Source of the DNA: Succinivibrionaceae bacterium
GTDB lineage: Bacteria; Pseudomonadota; Gammaproteobacteria; Enterobacterales; Succinivibrionaceae
Reading direction: 5' to 3'
Length of the DNA stretch: 64,000 bases
NCBI GenBank assembly: GCA_019420905.1
Contig: JAHZGH010000010.1
Coordinates: 2,332 to 66,331, forward strand
Shown piece after piece: positions 46,757 to 55,128 of this stretch. The first letter of the stretch is position 1; every line of letters begins with the position of its first letter. A program made the translations under genes and the position numbers. The notes under the pieces were generated by a model. It was not told where the DNA came from. It searched no databases and saw nothing but the letters and a program-made list of their open reading frames with translations.

Positions 46757-48334
46757 ATGGAACCCTATTACGCTGGAGTTCTCTCTATTCTGCCGCCTAT
46801 AATTGCTGTAGGATTGGCACTTATAACAAAAGAAGTATTTTCCTCACTTTTAATCGGTATTCTCAGCGGTACTTTAATCTACACTGTAGGAATAGGCGAT
46901 GGAAACATTGTTATAGGAACCGTTGAAAATGCTTTTAAAGTAATGGGATCGAGATTTGATCTTAATATCGTTATCTTCTGCTCGCTTTTAGGCTCTCTTG
47001 TTTACGTTATCTCCACTGCCGGCGGATCACGCGCTTACGGCAAATGGGCAACAAACCACATCAAAAGCAGAAGATCTGCTATGCTCTCTACCTCTATTTT
47101 AGGCGGCTTCATCTTCATAGATGATTATTTCAACTGCCTTACTGTCGGTACCGTAATGCGTCCTATTACTGATGCCTATAAAATTTCCAGAGCAAAGCTT
47201 GCCTATATAATCGATGCTACTGCAGCACCAATCTGCATAATTGCTCCTGTTTCATCATGGGCAGCGGCTGTTGGTTCTAACCTTAAGGATACCAATGCTT
47301 TTAATTCAGAAATGGAAGCTTTTGTATCTACTATTCCTTGGAACTTCTATGCGCTTTTGTGCTTATCAATGGTTTTAATCGTTTCCTTTATCAATCTTGA
47401 TTTCGGTCCGATGTTAAAAGCTGAGGAAGATGTTTTAAATCAGGTTGCAGGCACCGACGATGATCAGAAAAACAGCGTAAATCAAACATCCGACAATATC
47501 GATGTAAAAGCCGATGGTACCGTCTTGGATATGATTATACCAATTTTATCCTTAATCGTTTTTGCAACTCTGTCCTTGCTCTATGTAGGCGGTTATTGGG
47601 GCGAGGATGAGGCTTATCATACTATTGGCGCGGCATTTGGTAATACCAACGCAGGCCCTGCCTTAGTTATGGGATCCTTCGCCGCTTTATTAATAGCTTT
47701 TATCTTATTTGTTGGAAGAAAGCTCTTAACTCTAAAAGAGTTTATGGATGGCATGCTGCGAGGCGTACAAGCAATGGTGCCGGCTAATATGATTTTAGTA
47801 TTAGCTTGGACAATTGCTGGAGTTACCCGCGATTTATTACAGACCCCACAATTTATTTCTTCAATTATTCAAGATGATGCCTCTCTTTTAGGCATGATTT
47901 TACCTGCAGTAATTTTCGTTATTGCAGGATTCTTGTCTTTCTCAACAGGAACTGCCTGGGGAACTTTTGGTATTTTAATCCCTATTGTCGTAACTGTTGC
48001 ACAAGCTGTAGATCCTTCATCTAAAGAATTAATTGTTATTTCCCTATCTGCAACTTTAGCCGGTTCAGTATTCGGTGATCACTGCTCCCCTATTTCAGAT
48101 ACAACTATCTTGTCATCAGCAGGCGCAGGCTGCGTTCACATTGACCATGTATATACCCAGCTGCCTTATGCTCTTTTAGTTGCAAGCTGTGCATTTATCG
48201 GCTATATCATTGCCGGTTTAACTTTTAACTTATTCTTAAGCTTAGGTACTGCTGCTTTAATGATGATTATTGCAATTATTATTCTGCATAGAATCAACAT
48301 GAAGCGCTATAAAAACAAAACCATAAGCGCTTAA
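46757..48334 (+). CDS. Na+/H+ antiporter NhaC-family transporter
   Basis: 525 aa polytopic protein with NhaC-family features (IDDYFNCLTVG and SPISDTTILSS motifs). Confidence 0.78.
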   Translation: MEPYYAGVLSILPPIIAVGLALITKEVFSSLLIGILSGTLIYTVGIGDGNIVIGTVENAFKVMGSRFDLNIVIFCSLLGSLVYVISTAGGSRAYGKWATNHIKSRRSAMLSTSILGGFIFIDDYFNCLTVGTVMRPITDAYKISRAKLAYIIDATAAPICIIAPVSSWAAAVGSNLKDTNAFNSEMEAFVSTIPWNFYALLCLSMVLIVSFINLDFGPMLKAEEDVLNQVAGTDDDQKNSVNQTSDNIDVKADGTVLDMIIPILSLIVFATLSLLYVGGYWGEDEAYHTIGAAFGNTNAGPALVMGSFAALLIAFILFVGRKLLTLKEFMDGMLRGVQAMVPANMILVLAWTIAGVTRDLLQTPQFISSIIQDDASLLGMILPAVIFVIAGFLSFSTGTAWGTFGILIPIVVTVAQAVDPSSKELIVISLSATLAGSVFGDHCSPISDTTILSSAGAGCVHIDHVYTQLPYALLVASCAFIGYIIAGLTFNLFLSLGTAALMMIIAIIILHRINMKRYKNKTISA

Positions 48335-48352
48335 TAATTTTATAGTCCAATT

Positions 48353-48389
48353 AAAAATCCCATTATTGTTAGCGATAATGGGATTTTTT
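48353..48389. terminator. bidirectional terminator between the NhaC-like and AEC transporter genes
   Basis: AATCCCATTAT-N8-ATAATGGGATT flanked by an A-run and a T-run. Confidence 0.8.
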
Positions 48390-48411
48390 ACATAAAACTT
48401 AAGCTTTTTTC

Positions 48412-49326
48412 TTAAAGCAGCATTGATAATACCGGAATAGAAACTATAGAAAATAATGTTGTTAAAAATGTTCCTTGAGACATAACCTTTGAATCAACGC
48501 CATTCTTCAGACACAGCATTGTACCTATAGAGGCTACAGGCATACCGGCCAAAATAACTAAAACATCAGCGTATTTCTTATCTAACGGTGTAACTAAAAA
48601 CAAACCATAAATAACGGCAGGCAAAACCAGAAGCTTAATTACAGTTATGGCATAAAGCTTAGGTGTTCCTAGCATATGCAATACCGGCAGCTCTGCTAGG
48701 GTCGAACCTATAATCAGTAAGGATCCTGAAACTGTCAATCCGCCTATGAGGGAACAAGCCTCAGAAATGGTTTCAGGAGCTTTAATCTCCAATAAAACTA
48801 AAGCAATAGAAATATAAGTTGCAATCAAACAAGGGGAAAGAAACATTCTCCAGCTAAAAGTTGCCTTACCCTTTCCTGAGGTAACCAAAATTACGCCCAA
48901 AAGGAAAATAAAAAAATAAAAAGGGATGGTTAAAACAGACGCATAGAAAATAGCTTCTTGCCCAAACATCATTCCTACTACAGGAAAGCCAATAAAGTTA
49001 ATATTGCCGAAAATCAACATAAAACGGTAAACACCAGCTTCATTAGCCTTGATACGCAAAAGCATGGTGATTGGCACGGCAACAATCATGACAAAAATCA
49101 TCGAGCTTAAACCAGCAATTAACACTGGTAAAATGTCTTCCTTAGCTGGTAAAGTACTGCCCATCACAGACGATAAAATTAAAAACGGAGCGGTAACATT
49201 TAAAATTAATGATGACAACTTACGATTGAAATCTTGATCCATGTAATGAAGTTTATTGCAAAAAAAACCGACAATAACCATCATAAACAATACCGACATT
49301 TGCGCAAATGTGTCGAAAAAATTCAT
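48412..49326 (-). CDS. AEC (auxin efflux carrier) family transporter
   Basis: 304 aa with about 10 TM helices and an AEC/Mem_trans-like pattern. Confidence 0.8.
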   Translation of the reverse strand: MNFFDTFAQMSVLFMMVIVGFFCNKLHYMDQDFNRKLSSLILNVTAPFLILSSVMGSTLPAKEDILPVLIAGLSSMIFVMIVAVPITMLLRIKANEAGVYRFMLIFGNINFIGFPVVGMMFGQEAIFYASVLTIPFYFFIFLLGVILVTSGKGKATFSWRMFLSPCLIATYISIALVLLEIKAPETISEACSLIGGLTVSGSLLIIGSTLAELPVLHMLGTPKLYAITVIKLLVLPAVIYGLFLVTPLDKKYADVLVILAGMPVASIGTMLCLKNGVDSKVMSQGTFLTTLFSIVSIPVLSMLL

Positions 49327-49431
49327 AATAACCTCAATAGATTGAAATAAAATAGTACGCCTATTTTAATCCTAGCTTGCATTTAGGCGCTTGATTTTAA
49401 GAAGTAATTTTACAATGTAATTGCATAAGTC

Positions 49432-49468
49432 CAATAAAAATAAAAAAACGCCCCATTAAAGGAGCGTT
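49432..49468 (-). terminator. Rho-independent terminator of the HNH / NAD(P)-binding gene pair
   Basis: Stem AACGCCCC/GGAGCGTT with one mismatch. On the minus strand it is followed by TTTTTTTATTTTTATT. Confidence 0.65.
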
Positions 49469-49489
49469 ATTTTCAAGATCGTTTTTTTA

Positions 49490-50134
49490 TTAGTTATGTC
49501 TAAGTGCTCTGACAGAGACGCACTGATGGCTTTTAGGCCCTCTTTTTAAGAGCTCCACAACCGCTAAGACAAAATCATTTTGAGAAATAGAACTATCTCC
49601 ATTTAATCCCATTGGCAATATATCATCCGAAAACTCAATTTCACCACAGCCATAGCCATTTTGCTCAACAAGTAAAGGAGGGCACAAAACACTCCAGTCA
49701 ACGTTAGTACAAGACCTTAGGCGCAAATAAGCATTAACGCTCAAGCGTCCCTTAAGATTTTGAACGTAATCAAGCTGACATTCACTTTGAAAAACCATAT
49801 GGCTGCGGCTTTTATCAGTATACAAAAACGAACTTGAGCCCAAAGCTAACAGCTTTATCTTGCTTGAACGCATTATTTCAAGCAGATGCCATAACGGCAA
49901 TAAATCAGATGAATATTTATCAATGCGCAAAAAAGATTCTGTATCTATTACATAATGACAATCGGCTATGTCCTTCAACGTCAAATCGCTGTAATCTTTG
50001 ATGACTACTCGGCCCTGCCCCACAAGATTGATGGCATTGCTAACAAGATTTACAACGCTAATTTTAGCTTCTTCAGCCTTTTTAACTAAACTGCTACCTA
50101 AAGCAGAATTAGCACCTAATATAGCAATTTTCAT
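49490..50134 (-). CDS. NAD(P)H-binding Rossmann protein (NmrA/YwnB-like, NAD_binding_10 type)
   Basis: N-terminal MKIAILGANSALGSSLV dinucleotide-binding motif. The 214-aa size is typical of atypical SDRs. Confidence 0.65.
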   Translation of the reverse strand: MKIAILGANSALGSSLVKKAEEAKISVVNLVSNAINLVGQGRVVIKDYSDLTLKDIADCHYVIDTESFLRIDKYSSDLLPLWHLLEIMRSSKIKLLALGSSSFLYTDKSRSHMVFQSECQLDYVQNLKGRLSVNAYLRLRSCTNVDWSVLCPPLLVEQNGYGCGEIEFSDDILPMGLNGDSSISQNDFVLAVVELLKRGPKSHQCVSVRALRHN

Positions 50135-50142
50135 AAAAAACC

Positions 50143-51180
50143 TTAATTTGAAGAAATACGGCGATGCAAACGCTCAAGCGGAGAGGCTATTGTAAATTCG
50201 CCTCTCTTTAGCCAATTTTCAAAACGCACTCTATGATGCCACTCTAAATTTTCACGTGATGGCCATAAGCTCTTATCTTCTGGCATATTTAAAGGTATGC
50301 CGTCGTATTGAGTGTAAGCTCCTAAAATCTCCAGCATATTCTTAGAGATCTCTAAGACAATCTGATCTTGGCTATCATATTTGGCTGTAATCAAGCCTAA
50401 GCTAAATAATCGATGCAAATCATTTCGCAAAATTAAGCAATTTTGCGGACAATTGAACCTTTCATCATAAATATTACGAATATGTGCTAAATCCAATAAT
50501 GGCTCCGTATTACATCCTGTAATCGCACAGCTGAAATTATAAAGATTCATAATCCGTGCATAAGTTGTAGGCGTAGATTTAGCATTACGGGAATGAGCTG
50601 TAAGAAAATATAATCCTAACCAATCCTGATTGACGTTATTCCACATCTTAAGCTGCTCTTTTCTCCTATCTAAGGCAATCTTAGTTATGTAGCAGGCAAA
50701 AGGGGCCTGCTTATCAAAGCTCAAACGTGTTTTAGCTTCATAATGCAGAGAAAAAGCATCAGGGATCTTAATCATATTTGCGTGAGTAAAAAGAAAAGTA
50801 CTGTTTACAAAGTAGCAGCTTAAGTCCTCATCCAAACTACCGCCTTCTTTTTCCACAGCTGCAAAAAACTCTTCTTTAGTCTTAAAACCGTTTCGAACTC
50901 CGCAATTACGCCAGCATTGTAAAGGCTTGAGTTTTTCTTTTGCCAATAAATAAGCGCCGCCTACGATATAATCAGCTTTATTTATAGCCAAGCTAAAAAG
51001 CACGAGGCTACCTGGAACAAAATTATTATCGCAAGAAGAATCATTAATCTGCTCGCTTTTAGAGGTAAACCAACAATTTAGAGTTTGTGAGCCACTAACC
51101 ATATAGTTGTCGGAAATTACCTGATACCACTCAGAACTAATACGATATAAATGGATTTTGCTAGGTAACATGTCATTCAT
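50143..51180 (-). CDS. HNH endonuclease (HNH_2-type) with an uncharacterised N-terminal domain of about 200 aa
   Basis: The C-terminal LLDLAHIRNIYDERFNCPQNCLILRNDLHRLFSLGLI matches the aHI...N.l.L...H..FD.G pattern of HNH_2 nucleases. Confidence 0.72.
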   Translation of the reverse strand: MNDMLPSKIHLYRISSEWYQVISDNYMVSGSQTLNCWFTSKSEQINDSSCDNNFVPGSLVLFSLAINKADYIVGGAYLLAKEKLKPLQCWRNCGVRNGFKTKEEFFAAVEKEGGSLDEDLSCYFVNSTFLFTHANMIKIPDAFSLHYEAKTRLSFDKQAPFACYITKIALDRRKEQLKMWNNVNQDWLGLYFLTAHSRNAKSTPTTYARIMNLYNFSCAITGCNTEPLLDLAHIRNIYDERFNCPQNCLILRNDLHRLFSLGLITAKYDSQDQIVLEISKNMLEILGAYTQYDGIPLNMPEDKSLWPSRENLEWHHRVRFENWLKRGEFTIASPLERLHRRISSN

Positions 51181-51490
51181 TTTTTTCGATCTCGCAACAA
51201 TTTAGATTTCCCATCCTAAATAGTCTAAGCTTTTTGCATACAACTTATAGTATGTCATCTCACAATTAAGACTACAAAAAAAATTTTTTTATAAATCTTC
51301 ACTATTTTCCAGAATAATCTTTCCTTGCTTATTTACAGTAAATTTTATATTTATATTTTGTTAACAAAACATTATCTTAATCTAAATAAGAATAAATAAT
51401 ATGATATTAAAAAAGTGATAAAAGTTCATTTTTTATCTTTTTTTCTAAATTTCTCCCCAAAAAAATAGCTTTTGGGACAAAAAAATCTTT

Positions 51491-51506
51491 TTTGAGATAG
51501 ATCACA
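51491..51506. promoter_or_regulatory. CRP-like binding site candidate
   Basis: TTTGA-GATAGA-TCACA compared with the consensus TGTGA-N6-TCACA (9/10 half-site positions). Confidence 0.3.
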
Positions 51507-51786
51507 TAATCATCAACTTTTTTAAAATTTTTTTTTATTTTAATTTCAATAAGTTAAAAACAATGAAATCGCTTTCATTTTTACAAAAAAAATTAGATAA
51601 AATAAATTTTAAAAGGTTTTTATTAAAAAAAAATACTGCAAAATTGGTTAACTTTATTTATTAAATTTCAAAGAATTAGTATTACATAATGTATCTAACT
51701 TACAGCAGCCTTTGACTTGCCTAATAGCTCATAAAACGGCATTTAAGTGCGCTAAAAAGGTAATTTATAGTTATTTTATAAGCTAG

Positions 51787-51814
51787 TTGTCATTAAAATT
51801 TTTCACAATATAAT
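51787..51814 (+). promoter_or_regulatory. strong sigma70-type promoter candidate for the Na+/solute symporter
   Basis: TTGTCA - 16 nt - TATAAT, 80 nt upstream of the ATG. Confidence 0.55.
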
Positions 51815-51820
51815 ATCAAT

Positions 51821-51859
51821 TGTAAACGGTTACCTGTAATTGCATAACCGCGATTTACA
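51821..51859. promoter_or_regulatory. operator-like inverted repeat just downstream of the -10 (LacI/GalR-family style)
   Basis: TGTAAACGGTTACC fits TGnAAnCGnTTnCA at 13 of 14 positions. A distal partner TAACCGCGATTTACA makes a larger imperfect inverted repeat. Confidence 0.35.
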
Positions 51860-51893
51860 GGAGCAGATATATATTTTTTTTAGGTGAGTAATA

Positions 51894-53543
51894 ATGGAAA
51901 ATGTAACTTCCGGACTTACTACCATTGATTATGCAATCTTTGGTATCTATGTTCTCGCAATTATTGTGGTTGGTTTGGCTGTTTCTCACAAAAACAGACA
52001 AAGCACCGAAGGCTACTTCTTAGCAGGTAAATCTATCCCTTGGTGGGCTGTAGGTTCATCCTTAATTGCCGCTAACATCTCCGCTGAGCAGTTCATCGGT
52101 ATGTCAGGTTCAGGCTTCGTCATCGGTTTTGGTATTGCCGCTTATGAGTTCATGGCTGCTATTACCTTAATCTTAGTCGGTAAATACTTCCTGCCAATTT
52201 TCATCGAGAAGGGCATTTACACCATCCCAGAGTTCGTTGAAAAGCGCTTCAACAAAAATTTAAAGACTATCTTAGCTATCTTCTGGATCTGCTTATACGT
52301 CTTCGTTAACCTCTCCTCTGTCTTATACTTAGGCGGTTTAGCTTTAGAAACCATCTTAGGCATTCCTATGATGTATACCATCTTAGGTTTAGCTGCCTTT
52401 GCTTTAATCTATTCCGTATACGGCGGCTTATCTGCTGTAGTTTGGACTGACGTTATTCAGGTTGCCGTTTTAGTTATCGGCGGTGTTGCAACTTCATACT
52501 TAGCCATTTCCTTCGTTGGCGGTGGTGAAGGCTTCTTTGCCGGCTTAGGCAAGATGATTAGCAATACCCCTGATCACTTCGAAATGATTTTAAGTCAAGA
52601 TAACCCTCAGTTCAGCAACTTGCCTGGTATTGCTGTTCTCATCGGCGGTATGTGGGTTGCTAATCTCTACTACTGGGGCTTCAATCAGTACATCATTCAG
52701 CGTACTTTTGCCGCTAAGTCTATTGACGAAGCTCAAAAGGGTTTAGCTTTCGCCGCTTTCTTAAAGTTAATCACCCCGGTTATTGTCTGCTTACCAGGCA
52801 TGGCTGCTTACTACATTATCGTTTATGACCCGACCCTCTTAGCCTCTTTAGGTGAGATCGCTCAGCACAATGTTCCGGATTTAGCTCACCCTGACCGTGC
52901 ATATCCTTGGGTTGCTCAGTTATTACCTGTCGGTATTAAGGGTATGGTATTCGCTGCCTTATCAGCTGCTATCGTATCTTCCTTAGCCTCTATGTTAAAC
53001 TCCACTGCAACAATCTTCACTATGGACGTTTACAAAGAGTATATCGACAAGAATGCTTCTGATACCAAGCTTGTAAATGTTGGCCGTTGCTCTGCTGTTG
53101 TTGCCTTAGTTATCGCTATTTTCATCGCTCCGATGTTAGGCTCCTTAGGCCAGGCATTCCAGTTCATCCAAGAGTACACTGGCGTTGTATCTCCTGGTAT
53201 TCTCGCCGTATTCCTCTGCGGTCTCTTCTATAAGAAGACCACTTCTAACGGTGCTATCGCTGGCGTATTAGCTTCCATCGTAATTGCTTTACTCTTAAAG
53301 TTCTTACCTATCAACATGCCGTTCTTAGATCAGATGATGTACACCTTGATCCTCTCTATGGCTGTTATCGTATTCGTCTCCCTCTCTAGCTCTGATGTTG
53401 ATGATGACGAGAAGGGCATTGTATTAACTGCTAAGACCTTCAAGACATCTGGAAGTTTCGCCGTAGCTTCTTATGCAATCCTTCTGATTGTTGTTTTAAT
53501 CTACGTTGCTTTCTGGAATACAAACATAGGCTTTGCTTTCTAA
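51894..53543 (+). CDS. sodium:solute symporter (SSS family, SGLT-like Na+/sugar transporter)
   Basis: The GYFLAGKSIPWWAVGSSLIAANISAEQFIGMSGSGF N-terminal region is typical of vSGLT-type transporters. Length 549 aa, about 14 TM helices. Confidence 0.9.
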   Translation: MENVTSGLTTIDYAIFGIYVLAIIVVGLAVSHKNRQSTEGYFLAGKSIPWWAVGSSLIAANISAEQFIGMSGSGFVIGFGIAAYEFMAAITLILVGKYFLPIFIEKGIYTIPEFVEKRFNKNLKTILAIFWICLYVFVNLSSVLYLGGLALETILGIPMMYTILGLAAFALIYSVYGGLSAVVWTDVIQVAVLVIGGVATSYLAISFVGGGEGFFAGLGKMISNTPDHFEMILSQDNPQFSNLPGIAVLIGGMWVANLYYWGFNQYIIQRTFAAKSIDEAQKGLAFAAFLKLITPVIVCLPGMAAYYIIVYDPTLLASLGEIAQHNVPDLAHPDRAYPWVAQLLPVGIKGMVFAALSAAIVSSLASMLNSTATIFTMDVYKEYIDKNASDTKLVNVGRCSAVVALVIAIFIAPMLGSLGQAFQFIQEYTGVVSPGILAVFLCGLFYKKTTSNGAIAGVLASIVIALLLKFLPINMPFLDQMMYTLILSMAVIVFVSLSSSDVDDDEKGIVLTAKTFKTSGSFAVASYAILLIVVLIYVAFWNTNIGFAF

Positions 53544-53566
53544 TAAGTATTAGATAAATAAAATCA

Positions 53567-53597
53567 AGTCCTGCTCTTAGAGCAGGACTTTTTTTTA
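53567..53597 (+). terminator. Rho-independent terminator of the symporter gene
   Basis: AGTCCTGCT-CTTAG-AGCAGGACT followed by TTTTTTTT. Confidence 0.85.
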
Positions 53598-53649
53598 CAA
53601 AAAATTTATTTTTATTATTGCAAAATTTAATATTTGAACTAAATTAAAT

Positions 53650-53838
53650 AATGTCAGATGAGGCACAGCTTCTAAGCGTTACCTTGACAGCTTTCAGCTT
53701 GCGGTCGCTTCCCAAAAAAATTTAAGTCCTCATTAGACACAGTATGCAAAAAGCAGAAAGTTTTTTCATTAGACTGATGTTTTTGACATAACGCATACGC
53801 ATACGGCTGACGGAGAGATCCCCAGCCGTTTTGTTTTG
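53650..53838 (+). ncRNA. candidate small RNA, or alternatively a gene remnant. The family is not recognised.
   Basis: The segment is less AT-rich than its flanks and ends in ACGGCTG-N13-CAGCCGT + TTTTGTTTT. A weak promoter-like TTGCAA-N16-TAAATT lies upstream. Long-range pairing GUCAGAUGAGG/CCUCAUUAGAC is possible. Confidence 0.25.
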
Positions 53839-53961
53839 CAAAAAACATATACTGCTTAAAATTTTCAGGATTAGGAAGCTTAGACTTTAAAAAAAATATT
53901 TTCGCTATCTTCTTTTATTACATCTCGTAATATCCTTAAACGCTGTAAATTGTCTAAGATA

Positions 53962-55116
53962 CTAAATTCCCTTTTTTAAGTAATCTTTATCTATAGATCC
54001 AATACACAAAGCTCTCCAGCCTTGCTCTAATTGAGAAACTCCGCCTTTTCTTTGTACATAAAGATACTCGTGAATATAAAATTTCTGCAGCAGAAGCTCT
54101 GAACTAATTTTACCTGCTAAAGCCTTTTCTTCTAATAGATGTTTAAGTCGGCGAGCTTCATCAGCCCCCTCTTTTGTATTTACTACAAAATCATACGGAT
54201 TCTTTAATATTACATAATCCGTTTTAGCTATAGCTTCTTTTACCCAGCTTATAACAAGCTTGCCGTATTGACGAATTGCTCCCCACTTTAATCTGCATGA
54301 TGCCAAGCCCTGATAAGTCAAGGGCGTAGCTACTGCTACTTGTACAATACATTTATTAGACAAGACTCTGCTTACAGCAACATTATTTTCCCGAACAAAC
54401 AACTCCCGCTTATAACAAAGGTAAGATAAAATCTGCAGCTGCTTGCTTGTAAGCGAACCTGCACCTGATATATACATATAAATATCTTCAGGAGCAATCT
54501 CTTTCTGAGCCTGCACAACTAAATCTCGCATATGCATGAAAAACCATTGCAGACGCTTATCATTTTTCTCACAGGTTGAAAGCAAATTCTTATATAGATC
54601 TTCTAAATAAGCAACATCACAGGCTGCATATAAAATCTGAGCATTGCTCAAAGGACGTACCGACCAGTCAGATCTAGTCTCAGACTTATCTAAAGATATA
54701 TTAAGCCGCTCCTGTAAAGAGCTTTGCAAGCCTTGACTATAGGAAATTCCTAAAAATGACTGCAGTAATTGAATATCAGCTATTTTTGCAGGCAAGCATT
54801 CTTGAAGATTATGGCTTTTACAATAATGAAAAATAACCTCCACATCTTCTCGACAGGAAAACATCAGAATACAAGCTTTAGAATTATTTAAAGAATAAAA
54901 AAGCTGGCTTAAATCAAAATTCAAAGGATCAACCAGATACGATATACCGTGTATATTGAGCTGCAGCAGATCAAAAATAGGATAATATGTTTTTGTCCTA
55001 GTAAATTCTGTATCTAGAGAAATAAAATCATCAGCATCTAAACTAGCTATTAAAGAAGAAAGCGCTGCTAGCGCTTCCTCATTATCAATCATTTCAATAT
55101 TTCGAGGAAAACTCAT
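53962..55116 (-). CDS. rnd: ribonuclease D
   Basis: DEDDy 3'-5' exonuclease motif ISLDTEF, later YAACDVAYL, and HRDC-like C-terminal domains. It lies downstream of fadD as in E. coli. Confidence 0.88.
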   Translation of the reverse strand: MSFPRNIEMIDNEEALAALSSLIASLDADDFISLDTEFTRTKTYYPIFDLLQLNIHGISYLVDPLNFDLSQLFYSLNNSKACILMFSCREDVEVIFHYCKSHNLQECLPAKIADIQLLQSFLGISYSQGLQSSLQERLNISLDKSETRSDWSVRPLSNAQILYAACDVAYLEDLYKNLLSTCEKNDKRLQWFFMHMRDLVVQAQKEIAPEDIYMYISGAGSLTSKQLQILSYLCYKRELFVRENNVAVSRVLSNKCIVQVAVATPLTYQGLASCRLKWGAIRQYGKLVISWVKEAIAKTDYVILKNPYDFVVNTKEGADEARRLKHLLEEKALAGKISSELLLQKFYIHEYLYVQRKGGVSQLEQGWRALCIGSIDKDYLKKGI

Positions 55117-55128
55117 GCTAAAACTTAT

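Noticed and set aside
53720-53768. 15-codon hydrophobic minus-strand ORF (MKKLSAFCILCLMRT) as a type I toxin candidate
   Set aside because: It has no Shine-Dalgarno sequence, no recognisable toxin family and no obvious antisense RNA arrangement. It is indistinguishable from chance.
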